This document shows positions 12,351 through 33,957 of a stretch of 64,000 bases of DNA, piece by piece. The DNA lies in NCBI RefSeq assembly GCF_009914755.1, contig NC_060932.1; one strand, written 5' to 3'. A model generated the notes under the pieces. The model saw only the letters and a list, made by a program, of their open reading frames with translations. It did not search any database and had not been told where the DNA came from. A program made the translations under genes and the position numbers. The DNA comes from the human T2T-CHM13v2.0 reference genome, Homo sapiens. Within the stretch, counting starts at the first letter, position 1. Each line of letters starts with the position of its first letter.

Positions 12351-13830
12351 GTGTTAAAGTCTCCCATTATTATTGCGTGGGAGTCTAAGTCTCTTTGTAG
12401 GTCTTTAATGACTTGCTTTATGAATCTGAGTGCTCCTGTATGTATGGATGCATATATATTTAGGATAGTTAGCTCTTCTTGTTGAATTGATCTCTTTACC
12501 ATTATGTAATGGCCTTCTTTGTCTCTTTTGATCTTTGTTGGTTTAAAGTCTGTTTTATCAGAGACTAGGATTGCAACCCCTGCCTTTTTTTGTTTTCTAT
12601 TTCCTTGGTAGATCTTTCTCCATCCCTTCATTTTGAGCTTATGTGTGTCTTTGCACGTGAGATGGGTCTCCTGAATACAGCACACTGATGGGTCTTGACT
12701 CTTTATCCAATTTTCCAGTCTGTGCCTTTTAACTGGAGCATTTAGCCCATTTACATTTAAGGTTAATATTGTTATGTGTGAATTTGATCCTGTCATTATG
12801 ATGTTAGCTGGTTATTTTGCTCGTTAGTTGATGCAGTCTGTTCCTAGCCTCTATGGTCTTTACAATTTGGCATGTTTTTGCAGTGGCTGGTACTGGTTGT
12901 TCCTTTCCATGTTTAGTGCTTCCTTCAGGAGCTCTTTTAGTGCAGGCCTGGTGGTGACAAAATCTCTCAGCATTTGCTTGTCTGTAAAGGATTTTATTTC
13001 TCCTTCACTTGTGAAGCTCAGTTTGGCTGGATATGAAATTCTGGGTTGAAAATTCTTTTCTTTAAGAATGTTGAATATTGGCCTCCACTCTCTTCTGGCT
13101 TGCAGAGTTTCTGCAGAGAGATCACCTGTTAGTCTGATGGGCTTCCCTTGTGGGTAACCCGACCTTTCTCTCTGGCTGCCCTTAACATTTTTTCCTTCAT
13201 ATCAACTTTGGTGAATCTGACAATTATGTGTCTTGGAGTTGCTCTTCTCAAGGAGTATCTTTGTGGCGTTCTCTGTATTTCCTGAATTTGAATGTTGGCC
13301 TGTCTTGCTAGACTGGGGAAGTTCTCCTGGATAATATCCTGCAGAGTGTTTTCCAACTTGGTTCCATTCTCCCCGTCACTTTCAGGTACACCAATCAGAC
13401 GTAGATTTGGTCTCTTCACATAGTCCCGTATTTCTTGGAGGCTTTGTTCATTTCTTTTTATTCTTTATTCTCTAAACTTCTCTTCTCGCTTCGTTTCACT
13501 CGTTTGATCTTCCATCACTGATACCCTTTCTTCCAGTTGATCAAATCGGCTATTGAGGCTTGTGCATTCGCCATGTAGTTCTCGTGCCGTGGTTTTCAGC
13601 TCCATCAGATCCTTTAAGGACTTCTCTGCATTGGTTACTCTAGTTAGCCATTCATCTAATCTTTTTCCAAGGTTTTTAACTTCTTTGCCATGGGTTCAAA
13701 CTTCCTCCTTTAGCTTGGAGTAGTTTGATCGTCTGAAGCCTTCTTCTCTCAACTCGTCAAAGTCATTCCCTGTCCAGCTTTGTTCCATTGCTGGTGAGGA
13801 GCTGCGTTCCTTTGGAGGAGGAGAGGCCCT
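12351..13830 (-). mobile_element. L1PA3/4-type insertion 1, inverted 5' segment (most of ORF1 plus ORF2 endonuclease start)
   Basis: Minus-strand ORFs MTGSNSHITILTLNVNGLNAP... (ORF2 EN) and KRPNLRLIGVPESDGENGTKLENTLQDIIQENF (ORF1). Confidence 0.95.
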
Positions 13831-17426
<3,596 letters not shown>

Positions 17427-18954
17427 AAAAGAAAATGTGTTTATATACCCTGATTGGCTCTGGAGTTAAAAAAAAATTGTCAATAGTGTTTACACTCAGT
17501 ATTAATCAGGAAACTGTGATCTGCTTCTATTTTCCTCCCAATAGAATAAATTCTTTAATTTCCCACCAGTGCTCTCTGAACGCCTTTGGACCTGGTCCTC
17601 TGCAGAGCCCACATCTCCTGCAGTTTATCAGGTCCCATTTTCCTTCTTCCCTAGAATCCCTCATGCTCAGGCTCCCGTTGGCACTGGGTGCTCCCAAGCT
17701 GTGCTGCACGGCTGTCCACCTGGGCCCCGCTTCCCTCTTTTCTGTGTCTCATGGCCTGTTCTCTGGAACCTGCCTCTTATTCTATTCTGTTGCGTGCTTG
17801 GTGTCAGGGAACACACCCTCTTTTCTACAGAACTGTGTTTTAGGGCTGGAGAAAAGTGGGGGCAACCAGGACCTAAATCCCTGTCCTTCACATTGGTGTC
17901 AGGAGAATCTCTCTAAACAAATCAACAAACATATTTGAGACAGTTTCTACCTAAAACTGGAAACAGGAAGGTCAATGCTGAGGAAACAGCTAAATGAATT
18001 GAATGTGGCAGGCTCTGAGGAGGATGCCCAGGAGGGGTGAAGGGGCAGGACAGAGGCGGACTATGAGACTTTAATGGCATGGAAATGTATCACTGCAATG
18101 GTTCAAACATTAATTTTAAATAAATACATAATATAAAAATTTTAATAGATGTATTTAAATAAATTTTAGATAATAAGTATGATAAATTATGCTTTTCAGG
18201 AAAAGTATAATTTCTTTTTGATACTTTCCCTATACTATTTCTATATTTTCCATTATTTTCTATACTTTCCTAAGAATCTATGATGAAAATATTCCTGGAA
18301 CTGGTTTTGTAACTATATGTGTGTACCAGACAGGGGACCTGTGGCGATAAGAAGCCACTCTTTAATGAGGATCATTTTAGGAAGATTTAATAAAAGGCTA
18401 CATACAAGGAGTGGACCGAGTGTAAGAAACCACCAGGGCTGTGCCCAGAATGCAAAGGAAAGTCGTTTGCAGCCACTGCATTAGCAGAGCTGGGGCCTAG
18501 GTGGAGGGACTCACTGGCTAGGCTGGGGCGGGCCACAGGATAAAAGCATAGCTTCTCCTTCCTCCCTCAGTTGCCTTGCCCAGGCTCAGGAGCTCCTGGA
18601 GGCAGTGCAGGGCTGAGGGAAAAAGGATGAAGGCTGCATCTGCAAGAGGCACATTGAAATTACCTGCAAGACAGGTATGAGAGCAAAGCGAGGCATGCGC
18701 TCCCGCCGACTTACTTCAGGCACAACACAGGTGAAATGCGCCTAGCTCAGCCCCCGTATCTGGCAAGTCTCCTGCTCTGTGCCCAGCGGAAACTGGGACT
18801 CTGACATCTGTGTAAACACCTGGGCCCTATTTTCTCTTCCTGTTCAGTCCAGACTTCTAGACTTTGGCCCCTGTGCAACTGACTTCATTTTCTGAATCTA
18901 CAAGCTGTTTGCCTTCTTCACCTCCACTAATCTTTTGTTGTGAGCAGCGTCATT

Positions 18955-19170
18955 TATCATGCACTACTTGCCCGAAAGGCAGGCAGCACAGAGGGATGTA
19001 AGTGCATGGGATCAAATCCCTACGGCTACGTGCCAGCTCCACGACTCGGGAAATCATTTCATCTCTTTGAGTCTCATTTTCTTCTTCAGAGCATTGGGGA
19101 AAATACTTCCTAAGTTTTCTGTGAGAACTAAATAAGATAATGTATATGAAGCAACTAGTACAATGCCCAG
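18955..19170 (+). mobile_element. MIR
   Basis: atcaaatcc...tctctttgagtctcattttcttc...ttctgtgagaactaaataagataatgtatatgaagc core. Confidence 0.65.
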
Positions 19171-20360
19171 TAAGTGCCATCTCTTTCCTTTATTCCAGAC
19201 AGAGAGGGCATAAGACATTCAGAGAATGTCAAAAGGGGGTTGTGAGAGTAGACTTGATGAATTCCAGGAATCAAGGGAGAAATAGTTTCATAGGAGAGAA
19301 ACCCCTAGACGTTTTAGAAGCAAGTCAAAGAAAATGCTGTGAAAATAAGGCCTGCTTTCTTCTACGTTACAACACAGGTAATGGACTAACTATTATGTAA
19401 AATTTGGTGTCTTCACTTTAAAAATAGGGTGAATCATGATTGTCCTTCTCTGCTATGGTAATGCACAGCTAGTGCTTAGAACAACATCAAGCTCACAGAG
19501 GGACTCATGCCGGTTAGTTTCAGGTGGTTTCTTGAGCCTTTGAAACTTGTCCCATGCTCGCCACTATCCAAATTTCTTGTTGCCTTTTGGTAGAATAAAA
19601 GCCAACATATAACAAGAATGTGATTCTTTACTCTGAAACAACAAAGAGAAAGGGAACTGGAGCAATAAGAACAACCCTACAGCCAATCTTTAGAGAAAGG
19701 AATAGAGTGTTCTATGAGAAGTGCAATACGCAGAAAGAAAGAAAGCGAGCTCAATTTTTAGAGGATCCAGTTGCTTTAGGGGACCCAGCTGTCAGGAGGC
19801 ACAGGTATGATTTTCTGACTCCAAAATATCCCTGCCCATCTGCAGGCTCCCGTTGGCACCCAATTGTATTGTGCATTTCCAGAGTTCTTCTACGTCCAGT
19901 TCTGGGGGTTATGCTTCCACACAGCATTCTCTGGTGTGCTTGGGAACATGTCTTCAGCCATACAAGCCAGGCACTGCTGGTGCCTTCTCCATGAAGTCAT
20001 GCTTCAAGCATGCTTTCACCATCCCCAGGCTTTTGTGCTGATGTGTTTGCATTTATCTTTGTGCCTGGATCTCTTTGCTCCTTCTGAGCAATGTGTACTG
20101 CCAGCTGTAATGAGGAGTACTCTCTGGTAATGTCAATCAATATGTTCACTATATATTGAGCTTTGCCCATCATTGCAAAGCAGAATTCAGCATAATATGA
20201 GATAAATACGAAATGTTCATCTTCTGTCTGAAGCTTTTCTTGTCATTGAGTTATTATATTAGTATTAGGGACTTTTTGTCCATTCAGCAAATGTTCGTTA
20301 AATATCCATTACATACCAGATACTGTAAGGCTGAAGATAGAGAAGTTATAGATAGAAATA

Positions 20361-20664
<304 letters not shown>

Positions 20665-21429
20665 GAGAGAGAGAGAGAGACACCTCATCTTCATGGGCCT
20701 ACTGTCATATTTATAAAATGTATTTGAGATTTTGCATATATGTTCATCCTAAGGTAAAAGATGACAGCCTTTGAACTACCAGGATTTGATCTGAAAAGTC
20801 TCCTTGGACAAGGCCAAGAGAGTGGACAGTGCCTTTCCCAGCTGGTTTATTTCCTTAAAAATCTGCTGGGGTTGCTATATAGGAGTCCATAGTAATTTTG
20901 TGAGGGCAAGCTAAGAAAATGTTTTCTTAATTAAAAATATTTATGTTTATCACAAGTGGTGATAAGAAGATAGAGACAGAAATGCTGCATTGGGATGGTT
21001 ATCAGTGATGACTTTTTGAGTTTTTCAGAATAATATCTGGAGTCTTAAAAATCAAAGTTGTTCTTCTTCATCGGATTTTTCAATGTAATCAATATGTTAA
21101 AATATGCTTGTTATGTTGAATAGCAGACCTGGTATTTTCACAGACTTTAAGAAATACTTAGAGCCATGGAGTACTGAAAACATGACATATTTTTCAAGTT
21201 AGAACAGTGTGAATGGTGAATTGTACTTGCTTCTGGGTGAGCAAATAGTATTCTGCAATTTAATCCTATTATCAAAGTGAGTTAACAGAATCCGATTTAA
21301 ATACCAATTCAGATTTGTTTATACAGATCTGAATAATGAGCATATACTGTAGATCTTCTGGCGTCTGACCTGAGATGAATACCTGTTTGTTTCAAACTTT
21401 CTAACATGCTTCTGATAAACTGAAGACCT

Positions 21430-21519
21430 CTGTGTGTGGGGGGTATATGTGAGGGCGTGTGTGTGATATGTGTGTAGTGTGTGTGTGACTGTGTGTGGTG
21501 TGTGTATATGAGTGTGTGT
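21430..21519. repeat. Imperfect (TG)n tract
   Basis: Direct reading. Confidence 0.8.
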
Positions 21520-22644
21520 CAGCAATAAATACATCCCTGAAATTTGACTAGCTTTTACTTCTTCCATCTTCATTGAAAGAATGCAAATCCTATTCCAATA
21601 GCAAGCTTTTTTCCTTGACTAGCATTCAGATCCGTCACAATTTTCAGGAAGAAAAAGGAAATGCAGACATTCATAGACTTGAGCTGATTCCACACCAACA
21701 TGTTTGTAGTAAACTTGTGTTTTATTATTGTTGAATAATAGTGTAATATTCAAGGACACGTTAGATATGCAGTTTTTCACTCTATAGAAAAAGCAGGAGA
21801 GAATAAAAATTCATAAGTCAAAATGAATTGAAATAAAAATAAAGCTGAAAAAGGGCAGAACAATACATCTTACAGGAATTCAAAAATCACAATCAGACAT
21901 GCAACTTACAGAGCCATAAAAGATTTGATCTAGAAAAGCTCTTAATAATAAAATTTATTTTCTATGTTATACTCAAGTAGTCATAATTAAACTTGTTCCA
22001 AAATTTAAAGTGAGTCAACATTCCTAAAAGTTGTTTTGACATTGAGAGCTCTTTTCTAGAGGAAAAAAATTCTTTTATTTCAATACATTTAAAATAGAAT
22101 AAACTTTTAAAGGAAGCCAATGTAGAACTTAGTGCTAATTTTTGGAAAAGTTTGCTGATTTTTAAAAATCTTTTTTAAACTTGAAAATTTAGAGTACATA
22201 TAAATAAAATAAAGACCAGATAGGTATTAATTCAGATGTATTTTTGCCCTTGTCACTAACATTTATGACATACAAATGACCAAAAATGATGTTTTTATGA
22301 AGTGTAGGATAGAGTTTTAAATATTGGTATGTGGTGCTAGAGTTAGTAATGGAATCATTTGTTCAGGTAAGTAGGCTGAAATCATGTAACTAATTCACAA
22401 AGTACCTTTACAATAGATGTTATTTTAAAAAATACAAACATGACAATTTGTAAATGTAGTTCCTCTGCTTACTAGAATACTTTTTCATTTCTAATAGTAC
22501 CCCAGATACTCAAGCTATATTTGGAAGGTTGAAATTATTTTCATAAAGACACAATGTAGAACGAACTTCAGGCTTTCTTTTGTATTAAATTTGCGAGGGA
22601 CCCTCTTGAAGCCTACTACAGTGAAGGCATGATTGGATGTTTAA

Positions 22645-22965
<321 letters not shown>

Positions 22966-23013
22966 TTAAATTTTTTTGAAATGAATCCCTCAAGCTGAGT
23001 CTATGCAGTATTA

Positions 23014-23352
23014 TATTCATGAGCCACATAGCGACATTTCAGTCAATGGTGGGCTGCATATGTAATGATGGTCCTATTCTGTCTAATACTATATTTTTAC
23101 TGTACTTTTTCTAGGTTTAGATATGTTTAGATACACAAATACCGTTGTGTTCCAATTGCCTGCAGTATCCAGTACAGTCCATGCTGTACAGGTTTGCGCC
23201 TAGGAGCAATGGGCTGTACCATATAGCCTGGGTGTGGGGTGGGCTCTACCATCTGGGTTTGTGTAAGTGTACTTTATGATGTTCGCAGTGTCGGAATTGC
23301 CTAACAGTGCGTTTCTCAGAAGGTATTGCTATCATTAAGCAACACATAACTG
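23014..23352 (+). mobile_element. Tigger3a/MER7A-like Tc1-mariner DNA transposon
   Basis: ttagatatgtttagatacacaaatac, catgctgtacaggtttg...cctaggagcaat; degenerate terminal inverted repeats (tcatgagccacatagcgac / cattaagcaacacataactg). Confidence 0.8.
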
Positions 23353-23454
23353 TAATTGAAACGACTTTGTGGAAATTATCTAATTTGGAGTGAATAACCG
23401 TACCAAGTTCAGATGAGTAAATCTCAAGGTAAATACTTGGAGAATGACTTGTTT

Positions 23455-24152
<698 letters not shown>

Positions 24153-27100
24153 ATTTAGCTTTTACAACTTAAATTAACCCGACAAATTTTGTGTCAGCCT
24201 AGAACTCTCAACATTTGGAACTTGCCTTGGTATTCTTCCGTTGTTTAAAATGTTCTCATTTCCTCTTTAGAGTCCCAACATTCAGAGGAACCAGATGTTT
24301 CAGTATCTTGGAGAGGAAACTCAAAGAGTGACAGATATTTTACAGAGGCAGGACCCCTTCACTGACTCAGGGACTGCACATGGCAAGCTCTGAAAAAACA
24401 ACTTGGGGCTCCAGATGGGGGCTGGCACCCTCGCCTGCTTTCGGGGTTTCCTTCCTCTAAGACCCAATGCTTCTCTCTCTGTGCTTGGGTGGTTCACATG
24501 CAGGTGGGTAGCCCTGGACCTCTGTGCTTTTGTCAAAATCTTCTTTTCCTAATAACCTTAAGATCCCTCCCACTGCCATCCATGAGAGACATACTTAGCA
24601 TGTTCCAATGTTTTATTTGCCTTTTCATTACTTTCCAACCCAAATCGAGAAATTAAAACACAAACCCACTTGCTCTACATCTCCCTCTCTCTCTGGACAC
24701 TTTTTGTTCTACTTTCCCCAAATCCTTCTCTAGATGGTTGAGCAATAGACAATACTTGGTGATTCATTTCTGTCATTTTCCTTCTGCTTCACCTCCATGC
24801 TGTTGGTTTAGCATGATCTCATTACTTCTCATCTGCAAAGTTAACTGTCTGTCCTTTAAGTAAATTGGTCATTAATATCTCTCGTTGCTTTTAATTTTCA
24901 CAACTTGAATTGGAAATGGAAATTCACTCTATTGTTGTGGTGAATTTTCCTCTACAGTCATCTGAGAGTCATCTGTGACATCTGCCTTCCCTCTCCATTC
25001 ATGTAGTTTTCACCAGTTGCTATGGATGGCTCCTACCCCCATCTTCAACACACACCTTCTTTTCATTCCCGCTGTCACTGCCCAGTTCCCACCTGCATAA
25101 TCTCCTGCCTGGATTAAGCCATAAAAGCCTCCAGTCTGGTTGCCACACCTCAAATATCACCCTCGCCTCAACACATTTGCTACAATGCTGGTGGAATAAA
25201 GGAATTTTCTAAAACTCATACCCAATGGGATGATACTCCTGCTTAAAATTCTTCAAAGGTTTCCAACTAAACAAATTCTAAAATCGTTTTCATGACATTT
25301 GAAACCCTTGAGAATAGAAATTGTCCCTATTTCTTGCATGTTTCCCAGTCACATCCATGCTAGGCTGTGCTGACCCCTGGCCCTGTCACTGGGAAGCCTT
25401 CCATGACCTCAGTCTGCCCTTCTAATTGACCTAATATGACACTTGCTTATTTCATACACTGTAGTCGATTATTTTTTACTTGTCTGATTTTCCTTCCAGA
25501 GTCTAGACAAGGAGCCTCAATGAGCACAGACTTCTCCCTTTAGATTGTATTTGTCTTTGCATATTTAACATAGAGTAAGTCCTCAGAACTTACAGTTGGA
25601 TTAATACATATTTATAAAAATCTGAGGCCGGACTATATTCCTAGTAACTTTTAAAAAAGTTATATAATTATCAATAATTTCTTGAGTAATTGTCATTATT
25701 TACACTTCACATATTTCCAACAAACTGAGTTATCTAACAAGCTTATAGCATGTTAATATAGTGAGGCTAAATGGCAGGAGTTACCCAATGCAGAATGAAT
25801 CAGTGTGTATAAAGCCATCTAGACTGCTGGGGGAGAACAAACGAAAAAGGAAAAACAAAACACACACAAAACTACCTGTCAATAGCATTTTTTTTTAAAG
25901 GTTGTTAATTGTGACTCTGAATTTAGTTTCTGACTTTTAAAAATCTTTAACTATTAAGCTATTCTCTTATAGCTATCATGTTTTTTCTGTTGAACACATT
26001 TCCCCTTCCCCTGTCAAACAGGGCTTGTGGTAAGATCATGGTCAGGATGATCTTGGTCTTTGGATTCCATTGGGGTCACATTTAGGACTTGGCTGGAGAG
26101 GGGATTTGGCAGCCGCTTACCCCTCTCTAACCAGCATTCTGTTTGGCAAAGCCTGCCAGGTGCCTGATTGTGCAGAGAAATGGGATAGGATCACTCAGTG
26201 TGACAGTCAGGAGAGATTTCACAGATCACAAGTGTTTGGAGAGGCAAGTCAGAGCTGAGCCATGGAAACGTGTCTGCGTCGCACTGAGTGGGAGTGGCCT
26301 GCCAGCAGGAGTCCAAGGTCATGGGAGTCACCTCGCCTTTGGACAAAGGCCCAATGCAGAGATACCTCAAGGTACACCACCGGTACATGTAATTCTTTTG
26401 AAAATTCCAAACTATGTTGTTTACCTGGTCAGCCTGCAAGCACAAGGAAATTGGAATTTAACATGACTTGGTGGATAATAAGCCTTTAAATAATGACATT
26501 TTTACAGTCCGTCCTCAAAGGAGTACAATGCCAACTTTGTTGTGAGGCAGATGGTGGGGAAAAAGGTGGATGTGAATATGATCATTTAGCAGGCAAATTA
26601 ATTTATGTGACAATAACCAGCCTCCAAATTGGGTTTATTGACTCATTACATTTTCTCCCTATGAAATTTAGTAAAATGCCAAACTCTACATTTTAGAGGA
26701 GCTGAAGGTTATTTTCTCATTTTAAAAGGGAGCACATTCAGCATTTGTTTCAATCTACATAAATAATGCTCCCCCAGCTTCAAGAAAGTCGGTGATTTTT
26801 TTTGTAGTTTAAGGAAAATACATTTGTAATAAAATTATAGTTGCTTAGGCAATCCTCAATTAATCTTAAAAATAATCAATTACTTAACTTATGGATCACT
26901 TTTTTTTGGAGCCAAAGTAATTTTCCAAACAAAACTAAAATAAATTAGACCAGGAAAACCTCAAATGATCTTTTTTTAAAAAATTTTATTATTATTATAC
27001 TTTAAGTTTTAGGGTACATGTGCACAACGTGCAGGTTTGTTACATATGTATACATGTGCCATGTTGGTGTGCTGCACCCATTAACTCGTCATTTAGCATT

Positions 27101-27198
27101 AGATATATCTCCTAATGCTATCCCTCCCCCCTCCCCCCACCCCACAACAGTCCCTGGTGTGTGATGTTCCCCTTCCTGTGTCCATGTGTTCTCATTGT

Positions 27199-31018
<3,820 letters not shown>

Positions 31019-31081
31019 TATGATGTTAGCTGGTTATTTTGCTCATTAGTTGATGCAGTTTCTTCCTAGCCTCAATGGTCT

Positions 31082-32095
31082 TTACAATTTGGCATGTTTT
31101 TGCAGTGGCTGGTACCGGTCATTCCTTTCCATGTTTAGTGCTTCCTGTAGGAGCTCTTGTAGGGCAGGCCTGGTGGTGACAAAATCTCTCAGCATTTGCT
31201 TGTCTGTAAAGTATTTTATTTCTCCTTCACTTATGAAGCTTAGTTTGGCTGGATACGAAATTCTGGGTTGAAAATTATTTCCTTTAAGAATGTTGAATAT
31301 TGGTCCCCACTCTCTTCTGGCATATAGAGTTTCTGCCGAGAGATCAGCTGTTAGTCTGATGGGCTTCCCTTTGTGGGTAACCCGAGCTTTCCCTCTGGCT
31401 GCCCTTAACATTTTTTGCTTCGTTTCAACTTTGGTGAATCTGACAATTGTGTGTCTTGGAGTTGCTCTTCTGGAGGAGTATCTTTGTGGCGTTCTCTGTA
31501 TTTCCTGAATTTGAATGTTGGCCTACCTTGCTAGATTGGGGAAGTTCTCCTGGATAATATCCTGCAGAGTGTTTTCCAACTTGGTTCCATTCTCCCCGTC
31601 ACTTTCAGGTACACCAATCAGATGTAGATTCGGTCTTTTCACATAGTCCCATATTTCTTGGAGGCTTTGCTCGTTTCTTTTTATTCTTTTTCTCTAAACT
31701 TCTCTTCTCGCTTCATTTCATTCATTTCGTCTTCCATCACTGATACCCTTCCTTCCAGTTGATCTAATCAGCTACTGAGTCTTGCGCATTCATCACGTAG
31801 CTCTCATGCCTTGGTTTTCAGCTCCATCAGGTCCTTTAAGGACTTCTCTGCATTGGTTATTCTAGTTATCCATTCGTCTAATTTTTTTTCAAAGCTTTTA
31901 ACTTCTTTGCCATTGGTTCGAATTTCCTCATGTGGCTCGGAGTAGTTTGATCGTCTGAAGCCTTCTTCTCTCAGCTTGTCAAAGTCATTCTCCATTAGCT
32001 TTGTTCCATTGCTGGTGAGGAGGTGCATTCCTTTTGAGGAGGAGAGGCACTCTGATATTTAGTGTTTCCAGTTTTTCTGCTCTGTTTTTTTCCCA
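31082..32095 (-). pseudogene. L1 ORF1, disrupted
   Basis: Fragments [19 protein letters not shown] and GKPIRLTADLSAETL...YPAKLSF...LQKHAKL. Confidence 0.9.
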
Positions 32096-33125
32096 TCTTT
32101 GTGGTTTTATCTACCTTTGGTCTTTGATGATGGTGACATACAGATGGGTTTTTGGTGTGGATGTCCTTTCTGTTTGTTAGTTTTCCTTTTAACAGACAGG
32201 ACCCTCAGCTGCAGGTCTGTTGGAGTTTGCTAGAGGTCCACTCCAGACCCTATTTGCCTGGGTATCAGCAGTGGTGGCTGCAGAACAGCGTATATTGGTG
32301 ACCCGCAAATGCTGCTGCCTGATCGTTCCTCTGGAAGTTTTGTCTCAGAGGAGTACCTGGCCGTGTGAGGTGTCAGTCCGCCCCTACTGGGGGGTGCCTC
32401 CCAGTTAGGCTACTCGGGGGTCAGGGACCCACTTGAGGAGGCAGTCTGCCCATTCTCAGATCTCCAGCTGTGTGCTGGGAGAACCACTGCTCTCTTCAAA
32501 GCTGTCAGAGAGGGACATTTAAGTTTGCAGAGGTTACTGCTGTCTTTTTGTTTGTCTGTGCCCTGCCCCCAGAGGTGGAGCCTACAGAGGCAGGCAGGCC
32601 TCCTTGAGCTGTGGTGGGCTCCACCCAGTTTGAGCTTCTGGCTGCTTTGTTTATCTAATCAAACAACTAACTCAGCAATGGTGGGCGCCCCTCCCCCAGC
32701 CTCGCTGCCACTTTGCAGTTTGATCTTGGACTGCTGTGTTAGCGATGAGAGAGACTCCATGGGCATAGGACCCTCCAAGCCAGGTGCGGATATAATCTCC
32801 TGGTGTGCCGTTTTTTAAGCCTGTTGGAAAAGCGTAGTATTAGGGTGGGAGTGACCTGATTTTCCAGGTGCCATCTGTCACCCCTTTCTTTGACTAGGAA
32901 AGGGAATTCCCTGACCCCTTGCACTTCCTGGGTGAGGCAATGCCTCACCCTGCTTCGGCTCATGCATGGTGCGCTGCACCCACCGTTCTGCACCTACTGT
33001 CAGGCACTCCCCATTGAGATGAACCCGGTACCTCAGTTGGAAATGCAGAAATCACCCGTCTTCTGCGTCGCTCACTCTGGGAGATGTAGACCGGAGCTGT
33101 TCCTATTCGGCCATCTTGGCCTCCC
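32096..33125 (-). promoter_or_regulatory. L1 5' UTR bidirectional promoter with intact YY1 site
   Basis: ggccatcttg at 33109-33118 is the reverse complement of CAAGATGGCC, next to the 5' end. CpGs are partly decayed. Confidence 0.8.
32678..32818 (+). pseudogene. L1 ORF0 homolog, truncated to 46 aa by a 1-nt deletion
   Basis: MVGAPPPASLPLCSLILDCC... matches the recalled ORF0 N-terminus MAGAPPPASLPPCSLISDCC, and diverges after PGA. Confidence 0.8.
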
Positions 33126-33740
33126 AAATCATCTTGATAAGTAAAAAAAAAAGAAAAAAAAAGAAGAAAGAAAAAAAGAAAAAATGAAGAGAAAAGAGAA
33201 TGGACAAAAGATTTTAATGTCATATTAGCTGCTCTCTGAGTTGAAGAAATCTGCTTACTATGGAAAGCTGATCTTAATTGATCTTCTAAGGTCAACTGAG
33301 TAAAAAGGAAAGATTTTCATAATAGAAAATCAAGAAGGGAAACAGAAACACAGACACTTTCTTAAACTCTATGGTAGCTTATACAATAAAGTCTTATAGC
33401 CCACAACGTAGAATTGCTGTCCCCAGAGCACAGGTTCAGGGATGTCTGTGGCCTTCCAAAAGCTGGCCGGCCATGGCATGCCACCTCATCATGCTGACAG
33501 CTGAAGGCTCCTGGGACAGGTGCATACTTCACCCTCCTGGAACCCCCAGGACCTACCCAGTTACAGGCTTCTGGACCAGCTCAGCTCCATCTTTTTAGAG
33601 CCACATTCTCTCAAAGCTTTGTCATTCTAGTTTTTGCTCCTCTCCACATGCTAAGAAAATCAGGTAGAGATTTCTTTTCTGATGGCAATACAAACATCAG
33701 CAACTGTTTTTAAATGTATTTTTAAATATTACATAAATAC

Positions 33741-33957
33741 ATTGACACAGAGAGGGGAACATCATACACCAGGGTCTGTCAGGGGGTGGGGAGCAAGGGG
33801 AAGGAGAGCATTAGGACAAATACCTAATGCATGTGGGGCTTAAAACCTGGATGATGGGTTGATGGGTGCAGCAAACCACCATGGCACACGTATACCTATG
33901 TAACAAACCTGCACATTCTGCACATGTATCCCAGAACTTAAAGTAAAAATTAAAAAA
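33741..33957 (+). mobile_element. 5'-truncated L1PA7/8-type 3' end
   Basis: gcattaggacaaatacctaatgcatgtggggcttaaaacc; 13-bp TSD attacataaatac at 33728-33740 and 33958-33970. Confidence 0.9.

Noticed and set aside
17435-17938. 167-aa ORF downstream of L1 1
   Set aside because: The ATG lies in the TSD, there is no recognisable domain, and similar overlapping ORFs occur in several frames.
22364-22372. Perfect splice donor CAG|GTAAGT
   Set aside because: No convincing upstream acceptor or open exon; one such 9-mer in 64 kb is unremarkable.
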